NCBI GenBank assembly: GCA_010093995.1
Contig: ML992532.1
Span: 1-58,335 of the forward strand
DNA length: 58,335 bases
Reading direction: 5' to 3'
DNA from: Elsinoe ampelina
Taxonomy: Eukaryota
In this document: positions 46,400 to 58,335 of the stretch, in pieces
Numbering within the stretch: the first letter of the stretch is position 1
How the letters are laid out: each line of letters starts with the position of its first letter
Notes under the pieces: generated by a model
What the model was told of the DNA's origin: nothing
The model's database searches: none
Seen by the model: the letters and a program-made list of their open reading frames with translations, nothing else
Translations under genes and position numbers: made by a program

Positions 46400-48659
46400 A
46401 TCAATATAGGTGATTAGAGTTCTAAAAGCGTACACGGGATAGTAGTATACACGGCCTAGGAAGACTTCTTATATATAGAACTCACTCTAAGACTAGATAG
46501 GTTTTAGTCTACAAAATTTGTCGTTGTATAATTTTAGAAGCAAGCCCGATAAATAGGGCTCACGGAAGAAGGTAATAGAGCTTTATAATAGGACATAAAC
46601 TCGTTAGACTATAGACTCGCTAGAGTAGTACTCTATTATAACAGGTAGCGACCTATAGAGACTTCTCCCGTAGGACTATAGTAATAATAGGCAAGAAGCT
46701 CGAGGTTGCCCTCTATAGCGATATAAATCGATAAGGCAAACTTAGGATATGTTATTTTAGCATAGTTACTTTGCTTCCTATCTACGATGTTTTCCTAGAG
46801 TGTAAAATAGTCCTAGCTTTAAGGGCATTATATTTCTTATTATCTAGCTAAACTATATATACGTAATCTTCGACATACATAAAGTAAATACCTTGTCCTA
46901 GACAAGATTAGAACATATCTACTCTTTTTAATCCTTGTTACTTAAACTCGTAAAGATATATTACTTTGTTCCTACTATTATTTTTATACTCCTCGGTCTA
47001 TTAGCTATTACTACGCTTTTAGGCAATAGATATGTCTATGTAGTACGTATGTATAAGATCTAACATTACACGTTTTCTAACGAAGTCTAGGCACTAGTAA
47101 AGTCAAAGGAGGATATAGCAATAGCTAATTATATAACTAAATATTATTAATATAAACATAGTATATTACTCTAATGTCTAATGTACCTAAAAGGTTACCT
47201 AAAGCTTATATTTCCTATTAGGAGCAATAATAAATATAGTTAACTTCTTTAGTAAAGGAAACTTCTATTGCTATTTTAAAAATAGAATTAATTCTACTAT
47301 TTAGAATAAAGAATACTATTGTAAGTAGTATAGAGATAGAACTTATAGCTACTATAATAGAGTAATATAGACATTATTCACGTAGCTAAGAGAGTATTAG
47401 TAAGCACTATACGGAGTATAGATCGAGGGTCTTACCTAATAGAATATATAGTGTTCCTTAATAAAAAAATTATCTTAGCAAAATCCGTTTCGTAAATGTC
47501 CCTTTAAGATCTAACGTAGTAATATAGTTTTTACCTTTCTATATAAAAGGTTTTCTAGCATCGTAAGGCTTCTTTCTTATTTAAAGAAAAGATTTTACTT
47601 ATAATAATAAAATAGAAAGTAAGACCTAAAGAAGAATAGTAGTATATAGGAGAGACATAGAAGTTGTTACTGTTGTAATTAAGGTTCGTAGAGAAAATAG
47701 ACATACTTCCCTAGGTATAGTATACAATTCTTCTTACACTAGTTCTATTATGCCTAAATATATTCTATCTTTTCTGTCTTTCTTCTCTCTACTTCGATTT
47801 AAATTGTTATAGCTAAATAGAGAACTAAGTAGAGTAATAGGCAACTTCTTAACCTTGTATTATAATCTTTAAAGCTATTATTAACTTAGACTATAAAATA
47901 ATAACTAAAGAGATACGTAAGCTTACTATTTAACTTAGTTACGATAATTAGTATAAAACATCGAAATAGTAGAGGATAGAATAGAAGTATAGAGAGATTA
48001 GGAGGTAGATGTATAATAGACATAGAATTTCTCTATAGATAAAGACCTAGCTACTAGTAGGTATATAATTCGTACGCACTTATTAATAGTTATATAGGGA
48101 AATAATGTTACGTACTTACCTAGCTATTGTCGATCTAGCTATTAAAGTACACGTTAACTAGCTAGAGTTTAACTATATATAATTAGAAAGGATAAACCGA
48201 AAAGATAACGTACTTTAGTACTACTACCTAAGCTAGAGTTATTATTACGTCTAGATCTATCTTTCTTCCTAATATATTCCTAAGTTACCTTTAAACCTAT
48301 TATATGCTCTTTTCCCTAGGGAAACTACCTTACTAATTTTACCTTCCGACTAAATATAAGTATAGAGGATAAGCTATCTCCTATAGAGATCTCTACGTAG
48401 TATAGGAATAAGTAGTTTAGTTAGTAAGAACAAGGTACTAGAGGATAGAAGATCTACGCTGTCTATCCTTGCCTAACTTATATCTAAGTTTCTTTATATA
48501 GGGGAAGACTATTAAGACTAATTAAGTAATTAATAAGTAATATTATAGTACTATCGGAGTTACGCTTATAAATAGAAGCTAAGCTTAAAGGACAAGATAT
48601 GCTAGACATATATATAATAGCAAATCTTCTTTACTAAGTATAGATAGCAACGTTAGTTT

Positions 48660-49311
48660 ATAGTATAGGTAAATAGTAAGGAGAGTAGGTAAAGTAGAGA
48701 GAGTAGGTAAGGTAGGGAAAGTAAGTAAGGTAAAGAGAGTAGATAAGGTAGAGAGAGTAGATAAGGTAAAGAGAGTAGGTAAGATAGAGAGAGTAGGTAA
48801 GGTAGAGAGAGTAGGTAAGGTATAGAGAGTAGGTAAGATAGAGAAAGTAGGTAAGGTAGAGAGAGTAAGTAAGGTAAAGAGAGTAGGTAAGGTAGAGTAA
48901 GTAGGTAAGGTAGAGAGAGTAAGTAAGGTAGAGAGAGTAAGTAAGGTAGAGAGAGTAAGTAAGATAGAGAGAGTAGATAAGGTAAAGAGAGTAAATAAAG
49001 TAGAGAGAGTAAGTAAAGTATAGAGAGTAAATAAGATAAAGAGAGTAAATAGAGTAAGAAAAGTAAGTAAGATAAAGAGAGTAAGTAAAGTAAAGAGAGT
49101 AAGTAAAGTAAAAAGAGTAAGTAAAGTAAAGAGAGTAAGTAAAGTAAAGAGAGTAAATAAGGTAAAGAGAGTAAGTAAAGTAAAAAAAGTAAGTAAAGTA
49201 AAAAGAGTAAGTAAAGTAAAGAGAGTAAGTAAAGTAAAGAGAGTAAATAAAGTAAAGAGAGTAAGTAAAGTAAATAGAGTAAGTAAAGTAAGTAAAGTAG
49301 ATATAATAGAG
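48660..49311. repeat. Degenerate 18-bp (2x9) purine-rich minisatellite, consensus about AGAGAGTA(G/A)GTAA(G/A)GTA
   Basis: Tandem units are visible by eye. The plus strand has no C from 48652 to 49311, and units differ mostly by G/A changes. Confidence 0.9.
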
Positions 49312-49333
49312 CTAGATAAAGAGTAGAGTAGGG

Positions 49334-49703
49334 GTAAAAAGTACATTTAGTATATAGCTACTCTAATATATATATCTAAATCGGTAGTAAATAGTAATTA
49401 TACAACAAAAACAAATCCTATCTAAACTAAATTTTTACTATATTAAATCTACCTCTTTTCTTCTAGAACATAGCAAAAATTATCTAGATCTAATATTAAT
49501 TAATTAAGATATTAGCGTTTCTAGTTAACGCTATATTCTATCTAATTCTATACTCTTATATAAACTAGGTTTATAGATAAGTAGCCTATAAGCTAGTTCT
49601 TAGAGTTAGAGTTAGAGTAAAAAGTATATTTAGTATATAGCTACTCTAATATATATATCTAAATTAGTAGTAAATAGTAATTATATAACAAAAACAAATC
49701 CTA
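49334..49703. repeat. About 87-bp direct repeat (49334-49420 and 49617-49703)
   Basis: GTAAAAAGTA(C/T)ATTTAGTATATAGC...ACAAATCCTA occurs twice at offset 283, differing by transitions. Confidence 0.85.
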
Positions 49704-50337
49704 GATACTATATATCTTAGAAGGAAAGGTATATTCTAATAGTTTTACTAGAGTAGGGTTAGGGTATTTTCCTAGATTCTAATAGAATTCCTAACCTTTA
49801 TTCTTTAGAACTTCCTAAGATTTTTTCCCTTTAAATTTTTTAGAGATTACTTATATTACTTAGGTCCTCTATAATACTTAGTATTATCTAGAATTATCAA
49901 GTATTACTCCTAGAATCTAGGTTATAGTATACTAGGACTATCCTAAAAATCTTTTAAAGTTCCTAAGAAAATATAGAGTAGAGGTCTTAGTAGCTTTACT
50001 TCTAATAGTTAGAAACTCTAGACACTATATATCTTAGGAGGAAGAGTATATTCTAATAGTTTTACTAGAGTAGGGTTAGGGTATTTTCCTAGATTCTAAT
50101 AGAATTCCTAATCTCTATTCTTTAGAACTTCTTAAGATTTTTTCCCTCTAAATTTTTTAGAAATTACTTATATTACCTAGGTCCTCTATAATACTTAGTA
50201 TTATTTAGAATTATCGAGTATTACTCCTAGAATCTAGGTTATAGTATACTAGGACTATCCTAAAAATCTTTTAAAGTTCTTAAGAAAATATAGAGTAGAA
50301 GTCTTAGTAGCTTTACTCCTAATAGTTAGGAACTCTA
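49701..50337. repeat. 317-bp tandem duplication, each copy with TAGGGTTAGGG
   Basis: Copies start at 49701 and 50018, with telomeric seeds at 49754-49764 and 50071-50081. The differences checked are C/T and G/A transitions. Confidence 0.9.
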
Positions 50338-53300
50338 AAATATCCCTATAAATTTAAAGAGGCCTAAGTAGACTAGTAGATAGACATAAAATACATATTA
50401 AAGTAGAATAAATTTCCTAGTAAATAGAAGGTCTAAGAATTATAGATAACTCTATAGTACTTAGATTATATATATAGATATTGCTCTTAGAGTTATTAGG
50501 GAAATCCTAGAGCCTATAATTCTTAATTAAATAATAGACAACTAGGATCTTTAGTAGAAATACCTACCTCCTCTCCTATCTTTATCTTTTCTAACTACCT
50601 CTTAGTATTCCCCTATTATTTTCTAGAGTCTAGGGTTCTTAGGATAGCTAGATTAATATTTAATAGCTTTTTATAATACTAGATTTAGATCTAGTAAGTA
50701 GATTATATTAGTAGGAGTTAGAATAGAATTCTTAAGAGCTTATAGTTCCGCTAGAGTATAGAGCTATAATTATAAGTTTATCTACCTAAAGGTTTAGGCT
50801 ATTATTCCTATTATATTACCTATTATTATATTACTCTAAGCAATAATAAACTTTTATAAGGAATTATTAGTAAGTATTTCTAGTTTAGCCCCTAGTAGCT
50901 AGGCATTAGTTAGTATATCTTAAGTCTCTAGGGATTATAACCTAGGCCTTTTATATACTATATTTATATACTTCTTTATTATTATATTACTCTTTGTTTT
51001 ATATGCCTAACTACCTAGTATAACTTATAGATCTTATATATCTCTTTTATTCCCTCTAGCTTTCTTTCTTTCTCTTCTTATTACCTTTATTATAGTAAGT
51101 TTACTCTATTATAGCTAGATCCTTATCTAGTCTCTTTAAGAGAGTTAAAGTAGCTAGAGATGCTACTATAGAGATTAAACAGCTTTTAATTAGCTTTAGA
51201 AAGAACTAGCTTTATAGCTTACCTATAGCCTTTATAGCCTTTATAGCTTTTATAGAGCTTTTTACTAGTAAGAGATAGATATACCTAGTAGCTCTTTATA
51301 CTAATAAGCCTAGTAGCCTTTATAGTAATATATATAGCTCTATTTAGCCTATAGATCTTATCTCTGCTACTTTAACTCTACTAAGAGGTCTTAAATAAGG
51401 ACCTTTAGTAAATGTAAGCCTTCCTAAGAACCCTAACTAACTATAACTTCTAGTTTTAACCTCCTAGCTCTCTTATAATTTTACCTTCCTTCCTAAATAA
51501 CTTTCTAAGCCTAGCACTCCTAGTAACTATTATAGCTCCTAGAGCCTCGTATACTAGGACTCCTATAACCTTCCTAGCTACTACTAGAGATAGAGTTACT
51601 AACCTAAATACTCTAAGTAAGCCCTAAGTCTCTAATATATATTATAATTTTACTAACACTTCTAGGCTATACCTAGGTTTCTATAACTCTTCCCTTTACC
51701 TAGTAGGTCTAGGCTAACCTCTAGGGACTTAATATAGCCTAGTATAATTCCCTAGATGCCTAGGTTAAACTCCTAGTTAATACTAATCTCTAAGTCTTTA
51801 CTAGGACTAGTCCTAAGTTCTAGCTTAACTAGCCTATTAACCTAAGAACTCCTAGAACAACTATAAACCTTTCTAGATCTAATACTAACTACCTAGTTTC
51901 TTTACTTGTCTATAGCGCTTCTAGGTATACTATCTACCTAGCTAGTTAGAAGTATACTTTCTATACTTAGAGAAATAGCAAATATAACTCCTATATTACT
52001 ATAACTACTCCTAATAGTACTATACTCCTAAGGGGCTCCTATACTAACTATAGCTTCTAGAATAATTACTATAGCTATAGCTTATCTAGTACGTGTTTCT
52101 AAGTTTCCTAATCGATCCTAACTAATATAAGTCCTAGACTACTAAAGAGCTTCTAGACATCTCTCTACTAACTCTACCCCTATACGTCCTAGAGCTTCTA
52201 GACCTATAAGACGCCTTAGAGGTCTCCTAACTAACAATAAGGCTACTAGGGGCTTCCTAATTAAGCTTCCTAACGACTCTAACTCTTCTAAGAACTAGCG
52301 CGCCTTAGATAATTTCCTAGCTCTCCTAGATAATATTAAAGCTTAAGTAACTACTCTAAGGGATAGAGGCTACTTAGTAGAGTAGGACAAGCTTCTAGAT
52401 CTTACTAAGTCTAGACTTATCTTTAATAAGGCTTAGGGCTAGTTAGAATTATATATAGCCTTAGGGTAACTTTAAGAAATATTAGAATAGAGTAGCTAGC
52501 TCTCTTAGTTTTCTTAAGTATAGAGTAAGTAAGTAGCTTTTCTAGGGTTTAGATAGCTTAGTCTAAGTGTTCTAGATGTTATAATAGGCTAGTAAGCTCC
52601 TAGATATTATAACTCTAGTTCTAAATTAGAAATCTTTACTAATAGTCTATTAAATTTCCTAGTATTTCTATAATATATAAGTAATATAGTGTCTTTCTAA
52701 TATGCCTAAACCTTCTAACCTTAGGTTAGAATTCTAAGCTTAGCTAAGAGTTAGAGCAATCTTAGAGTCTTTCTATAATTTATACCTAATATAATATTCT
52801 CCTAATTTACCTAGACTTACTTACCTTAGGATTTTAAGCTAAGTATTTCTAACTATTAGAGTAGTTGCCCTATACTACTAGAGTATCCTAATCTACCTAA
52901 GCCTACTATATATAGGGGCCTTATTATTAGCTAATATAAGTGTAGTTACTATTTTACTTAATTTTATCTAATTAGCAAAAATTTCTCTAGTTAAGCTATC
53001 CTTATGTTCTTAGTTAAGTATAAAGCCTACTCTAACTCTAAAAAACTTAGACTATATTTTTTTAATTTATATCTAGTATAGTAGCTTTCTAATTTGTCTA
53101 GGCCTACTAACCTTAGGGCTTAAACCCTAAGTCCTCTATGTCTTAGTCTACTAAACATCTAAGATCTACTATCTCTTAGAACCTTAGAAGAGTAGTTTAG
53201 AGCTTTAGAGGTTCTCTAATAAAGGTTAAGTCTCTATATAGAATACTAAGCTTTATATAAAAGGTACTACTATTTAATACTTCCTAGATCTATTTAGTTT

Positions 53301-53376
53301 ACTTCTATCTACTATAGTATTCTAGTAAGAACTATAGGTCTCCCTTTAGGTTTTCTATTCTTACCTAGTAAAAGGA

Positions 53377-56300
53377 ATATCCTTTAAGTACTTCTAGTAG
53401 TTTAAAGTAATTATCTATATAGATTACAAGTTTACTATAATCCTTAATTAGGTTACTTTCTACCTAAAGAAGTATTACTCTTCCCTAGTAAAGGATAGAT
53501 AGTAGAACATTATTAGCATAGTAAAAGATATACCAAATTTAGTAAGGAAGAAATTAGATATCTAGTACCTCTACCCTATAGTAGAAGTAATTCTAGAACT
53601 ACCTATTTAAGGTCTAGGCTTTAAGTATATCTATAGAGATACTTAGAAAAGATAGTATAGCTATATTACCTAGTATATTAAGGTTATATAATAGTACTAT
53701 AGCTAGAAGTATAACTAGAAGAGTAATAAGTCTAGGGGAGAGAGTAAGGCTTAGAGAGTAAGACTAAGGAGTAATAAGATATAGGTTAGTAGTATCTAGA
53801 GCTAGAAGTTCTTTTAGGATAAAGCCTAGTAAAAGTCTTTTTAGGTTTAAGTCCTAGATATAGAAGTAGTATAGGAAAGACCTAAGGATAGAGTTAATAT
53901 ATAGTTAAGAATCTATTAGGATACTCTAAGTAGAAGAAACAACTAGAAGGTTATTTAAGGTCTAGGAAATAGATATAAAGTTAATCCCTAGCTAGAAATA
54001 ATAGGTTAGATCTAGTATCTTATAGAATTTAAGTAGCTCTAGGTCCTATAGGCTATTACTCCCCCTAGTTAGGATTCTATCTATTAGCTATATTAGCTCC
54101 CTAGAGCTAGAACATCCTATAGTTATAGGATAAAGTATAGAGTATACCTAATAATAGAGGAATAAGTAGAAGCTTAAGGACAAGTATAGGCTAAGAGAAA
54201 TAGTCGCTTTAGGCACTTTACTAATTAGGAAGTATAAGAGAGAGATACTAGGCTACTAAGAGCTAGCGAGGCAACTAGCATACTTATTAGACTCTATATA
54301 AAGACTACTAAGTAGTCTATAGTAGGAAATATAGTTCTAGAGTTTATTAAAAGACTAGAGGTTAGCGGAAGTAAGGACTAGTAACTATTCTATTCTAAGC
54401 ATAAAGTTAGTACTATTAGAAACTATACTAATGTTTAGGTAAAGCTACTAAGGTTTATCTAGAGGACCTAGGACCTAGCTAAGGGAGATAGACTAGAATA
54501 TAAGCTACTAACTATATAGAGAATATTCCTAATAAATGTTATAGACTTAGTAAGATAAGATAATAGAGATAATAACATTAGAAGCTAACTAGTTAAGAGT
54601 CTTAGGCAATTCTAGCTATCTATATTCTAGTATAAGCTTAGTAATAATTATTATAAAAGTGCTCTAGTTAGTAGACTTACTATTCTTAGCTTAAACACTA
54701 AAGATAGAAGCTAGGCTAGACCTAAGAACTTTAGCTCTACTATTATAGCTCTAGTAACTATTAGTAAGGTACTAGTAGTTAGATAAGTATAGAAGTAGAG
54801 GGAAGATAAGATAGATAACCTAGTTAAAGCTAAGGAGCTTAATAGGTCTAAGGCTAAGGAGATAGTACTAAAAATTCTTATAAGAGTATAGGAGACAGTC
54901 TAGAAGTTTATAGCTATTACTAGCTTCTATAGGCGACTAAATATAATAGACAGGCTAGTTAGGATACTTAAGTATAGTAGGGAAGTTAGGAACACTACTA
55001 AGAGTCTAGCTAGAATTACCTAGGAAGGTAAAGTAATTATAGTTAATAAGGTTAAGTTCTTTATACCTAACCTAAAGATAACTATTTATAGGTTACTAGT
55101 AACCTACTAGAGGCGTATAAGAATTAACTTAATACGTTTAGGAGAGAAAGATAAAAAAAGATAAGAACTACTATCTCTAGAGCTTAGAAACCTATAGGAC
55201 TCTCTAGAAGAAATAAGAGAAGGCTTTAGCTTTCTTACTCTCTAGAGTAATTAATAGTCTATAGATAGGTTATTCTAGCTAGCTTAGAGGCTACTAAGGT
55301 ATATTAGTAGACCTTAAGGTAGTAAAGGCTTTCTCCTAAACTAGAATATAGTTAAGAAATAGGTCTCTTAGCTTAGGAAATTTAAGGAAGAACTATTTAT
55401 CCTAGTATATCTTACTAGAGGCGCTTCTACTAGAGGCACGGAGATAGTTAGTATTAAGTGCTAGAATAGCTCTAATAGGAGAATAGGTAGGGGAATATTT
55501 CTAGATAGAGGCCTAGTTAGCTTTATATTATCCTATTATAAGGTATTTAGGATTAAAAGTAAAGTAAGAATAGTATATAGATATATCTCTTAGAAAGTTA
55601 GCTAGTTAGTAGTATATTATCTCTAGCTTATAAGACCTTTTAGTAGGTAGCTAGATAGCTTCTAGAGGGGTAACTATAAGGATAGTAGGTATCTCTAGGA
55701 GCTAGAACCTAAGGCTAAGTAAAGTAATAAAGAGGTAGAAGATTATAGCTTTAGGTCTAATAGAGGAGAACTTATAGATATTACTAGTTAGGATAAAGAG
55801 GTAAGAGAGTTAGTAGAGACCTTACTACTAGAACTACTAGCTAGATAGCCTAAGAACCTTAATAGATTCTAGAGTACTAATAGGAGAAGAAGAGTACTTA
55901 GTAGGGAGACTTCTAGTTGTATAGGGGCTAGGATTACTATAGTATCCTAAAGGTAGATCTACTCTACTATCTAGAGGAACTATACTAGAGATATATCTAC
56001 TAGGGCTATCCTAGATAATCTATTTACCTATAAAGAGGAGGCTTAGGTAAAGGGCTCGATAGGAAAGAGTAAAGAACTATCCCTAAATATTAAGGAAGAG
56101 TAGTTAGGCTATAGTAAGTAGATAGAAGAGTTAGTATATAGAATTCTCTACTCTAAGTCTCCTAATAGTACTCTATTAAAAAGGGAAGACTTTAGGAAGG
56201 TTAGTATAGATTAGTATAAGTTCCTAAGCTTCTCTTCTATACTAGAAGATTCTATTAAAGGCTCTAAGGCTAGGAGACAAGAAGAACTTTAGCTTAAGGT

Positions 56301-58240
56301 AGACTAGTTCCTTCGCTAGAAGAAGATTAAGACTATCTAGCTTACCTAGGCACTATATTAACTCTATAGGCTAGGTGCTATATTCCGGGGCCTATAGAAG
56401 AAGGCCCTAAAGGCTATTATTAAGGGAGAGTAAAGGCTTATAGTAATTATAGATATAGGAAAGAGAAAGAGCTTATTATTTATACTACTAGTAAAAATAG
56501 TCCCTAGAGGCCTAATAGTAGTTATTATTCCCCTTATCTCCCTAAAGGATAATCTAAAGAGAAGGTATAATTAGTCTAGTATTAGGAGTACTAAATAGTC
56601 TAGTAAGAAGTATACCTTCTAGGTAGATATTATCTTTATTGTCCTAGAATTAGCTATTACTAAGAAATTCTAGAGGTTCTTAAAGTCTAGAAAGCTTATA
56701 GGTAGAGTAGATAGAATTATTCTTAATAAGTGTTATATACTCCTAGACTCCTTTATAGGCTAGAGACTAAAGATACTAGAGCTAGTAAGCATAGTAGATA
56801 AGGGGATATAGCTAATCTTCCTTATAGCTATAATAAAGCTAAAGGATAAACCTAACTTACTTACTATTATAAATCTTAGAGAGAAAGATCTAAGAATTAT
56901 AAGGGAAGAGATAAGTAGAAAGAACCTAGAGTATAGAGTATTAAAGTATAATAGATAAGATAAAGTAATAGAAGTTAGAAGAGTAGTTAAGTAGAAGCTA
57001 AGAGAGTATAAGTAAGAGAAGATTATTATCTATATTAGGGACATTAGGTAGAGTAACCTAATAGCTAATAACCTTAGAGCTAAGGTCTATAATACTTAGA
57101 TTAGGTTAGAGAAAGTTAAGAGAAGAGTACTAAAGAGACTTTAAGAAGGGAAAGAGAAAGTATAAGTCGCTAGTAATACTCTAGGTATTAGGCTTAACAT
57201 ACCTAATATTAGAGTAGTTATTTATATATATATAAGGAGTAAGATAAGGAACTATATCTAGGAAAGTAGTAGAGTAGATAGGGATAGCTAGAAAAGTAAG
57301 GCTATTATTATAGAAGCTTTAGTAGGGTATAAGAGAGATAGGATTTAACTAGGAAGGAGCTATATAGAGGCTAAGATAAAGAAGTACCTTAGTAGAGACT
57401 CCTATAGGCAAAAGGTTATTAATAGAGAAATAGATAGTAGAGGCGATAGACTAGAGTATAAGATTAAAGAGCTAAGGTATAATATATATTAGAGAGTATT
57501 AGTAGGCCCTAAGAGAAGGAGAATTATAGTATAGAATTCTAGGGACTACTTAAGTCTAGGCTAGCTTTAGGAACATCGGGAGAAAGTTATCTAGAGTAGG
57601 GAGAGTTTATATAGCATATAAGAAGTATAGAACTTAGCGGATATAGAGAGAAAGGAGTAGAAACTATCTAGGAAGATTATAGAGTTATAGAGGTAAGAGG
57701 TAGCTCTTAGGGAAAGAGAGGAAGCCTTAGGGATTATTAGTATAGCTTAGAAGAATATTAAAATATTAGAAGAGAAGCTTAAGAATTAGCTAGAGTCCCC
57801 TAGGTATTTTACTCCTAAGCTAGCTATCTCTATAGAAGAAAGCGATGCTAATAGTATATAGAATAGAAGTCTAAAATTAGGTAAGAGGCCTATAGTAATT
57901 ATAAATAGAGTTAGGCTAGACAGTAATAAGAATAACTTAAGTAATAAGTTTAAGAGTTAGGTAAGTATATCTAAGAATCTACTAAACATAATAGAAACCC
58001 TAGAGTACTAGGATTAGGTTTAGTAGAGACATAAGTATATTTTTAAGGAGAGAAAGAGAATTAAGAGGAGACTAGAGAGTAGAGAGGTTATAGAGTAGCT
58101 AGAGATAAAGCTAAGAGCCTAGAGATCTAGCTACCTATTCTATAAGGTTAAAGGCAGGTATAAGTCTTAGAATTATATATAGCCTTTATATAGTAGAATA
58201 TCTTAGGTAGAGAGAGCTAAGTTCTAGCTTAGTATTAAAG
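53377..58240 (+). pseudogene. RIP-inactivated telomere-linked RecQ helicase (TLH) gene: DUF3505-like Zn region, central recombinase-like region, RecQ core, Zn/C-terminal region
   Basis: All motifs lie in frame +1 and are recoverable by reversing RIP transitions: FRGL(Q) at about 56383, motif I (T)GK(G)KSLLF at about 56455, VVIIPLISL at about 56518, DECH as AAT AAG TGT TAT at 56725, LTAT at about 56821, motif V at about 57166-57225, (Q)ES(G)R(A)(G)RD at about 57259, and Cys>Tyr relics of the RecQ Zn site at about 57400-57490. The start position is approximate. Confidence 0.85.
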
Positions 58241-58335
58241 TAGGGTTAGGGTTAGGGTTAGGGTTAGGGTTAGGGTTAGGGTTAGGGTTAGGGTTAGGGT
58301 TAGGGTTAGGGTTAGGGTTAGGGTTAGGGTTAGGG
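58241..58335 (+). repeat. Telomere, TAGGG(TTAGGG)15
   Basis: Perfect TTAGGG array at the window end, with the G-rich strand oriented 5'->3' toward the end. Confidence 0.98.

Larger units (their letters stand above)
46370..58240. other. RIP-mutated AT-rich subtelomeric block
   Basis: Abrupt drop in GC, with saturation by TpA/CTAG and near absence of CpA/TpG. Confidence 0.9.

Noticed and set aside
48585..49346. 253-aa L/T/F-repeat ORF on the minus strand
   Set aside because: An artefact of the low-complexity minisatellite, which is G-free on that strand, inside RIP-mutated DNA.
49334..50337. Repeat-spacer pattern as a CRISPR-like array
   Set aside because: Eukaryotic subtelomere with only two long copies per repeat and no cas genes.

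Overview
Filamentous ascomycete (Pezizomycotina) genomic DNA running into a chromosome end; the window ends in a perfect (TTAGGG)n telomere. Layout: (i) 1-412, the RIP-mutated 5' end of a minus-strand Copia-like LTR retrotransposon. (ii) About 0.8-44 kb, a GC-balanced gene-dense block with mostly 44-63 nt introns. It holds an M6 metalloprotease, RTA1, Hsk3, UBP6, ARPC4, a SAD-2-like protein with an N-terminal RING-like finger, DUF2461, a Zn2Cys6 factor (McrA-like), RQT4/ASC-1, GPI12, a membrane protein with a Trp-to-TAG stop, transporter/GH5 pseudogenes, a divergent glycosyltransferase/arylsulfotransferase pair, TYW3, a Rab escort protein carrying a candidate intronic C/D snoRNA, a peroxiredoxin, DUF1348, roadblock, a GNAT and a DUR3-like transporter. 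(iii) A decayed hAT transposase. (iv) About 12 kb of heavily RIP-mutated AT-rich subtelomere with a minisatellite, duplications containing interstitial telomeric repeats, and a largely single-frame fossil telomere-linked RecQ helicase that carries tyrosine-recombinase-like motifs and is cut off by the telomere. Exon boundaries were read by eye. Family assignments come from remembered motifs, not database searches.
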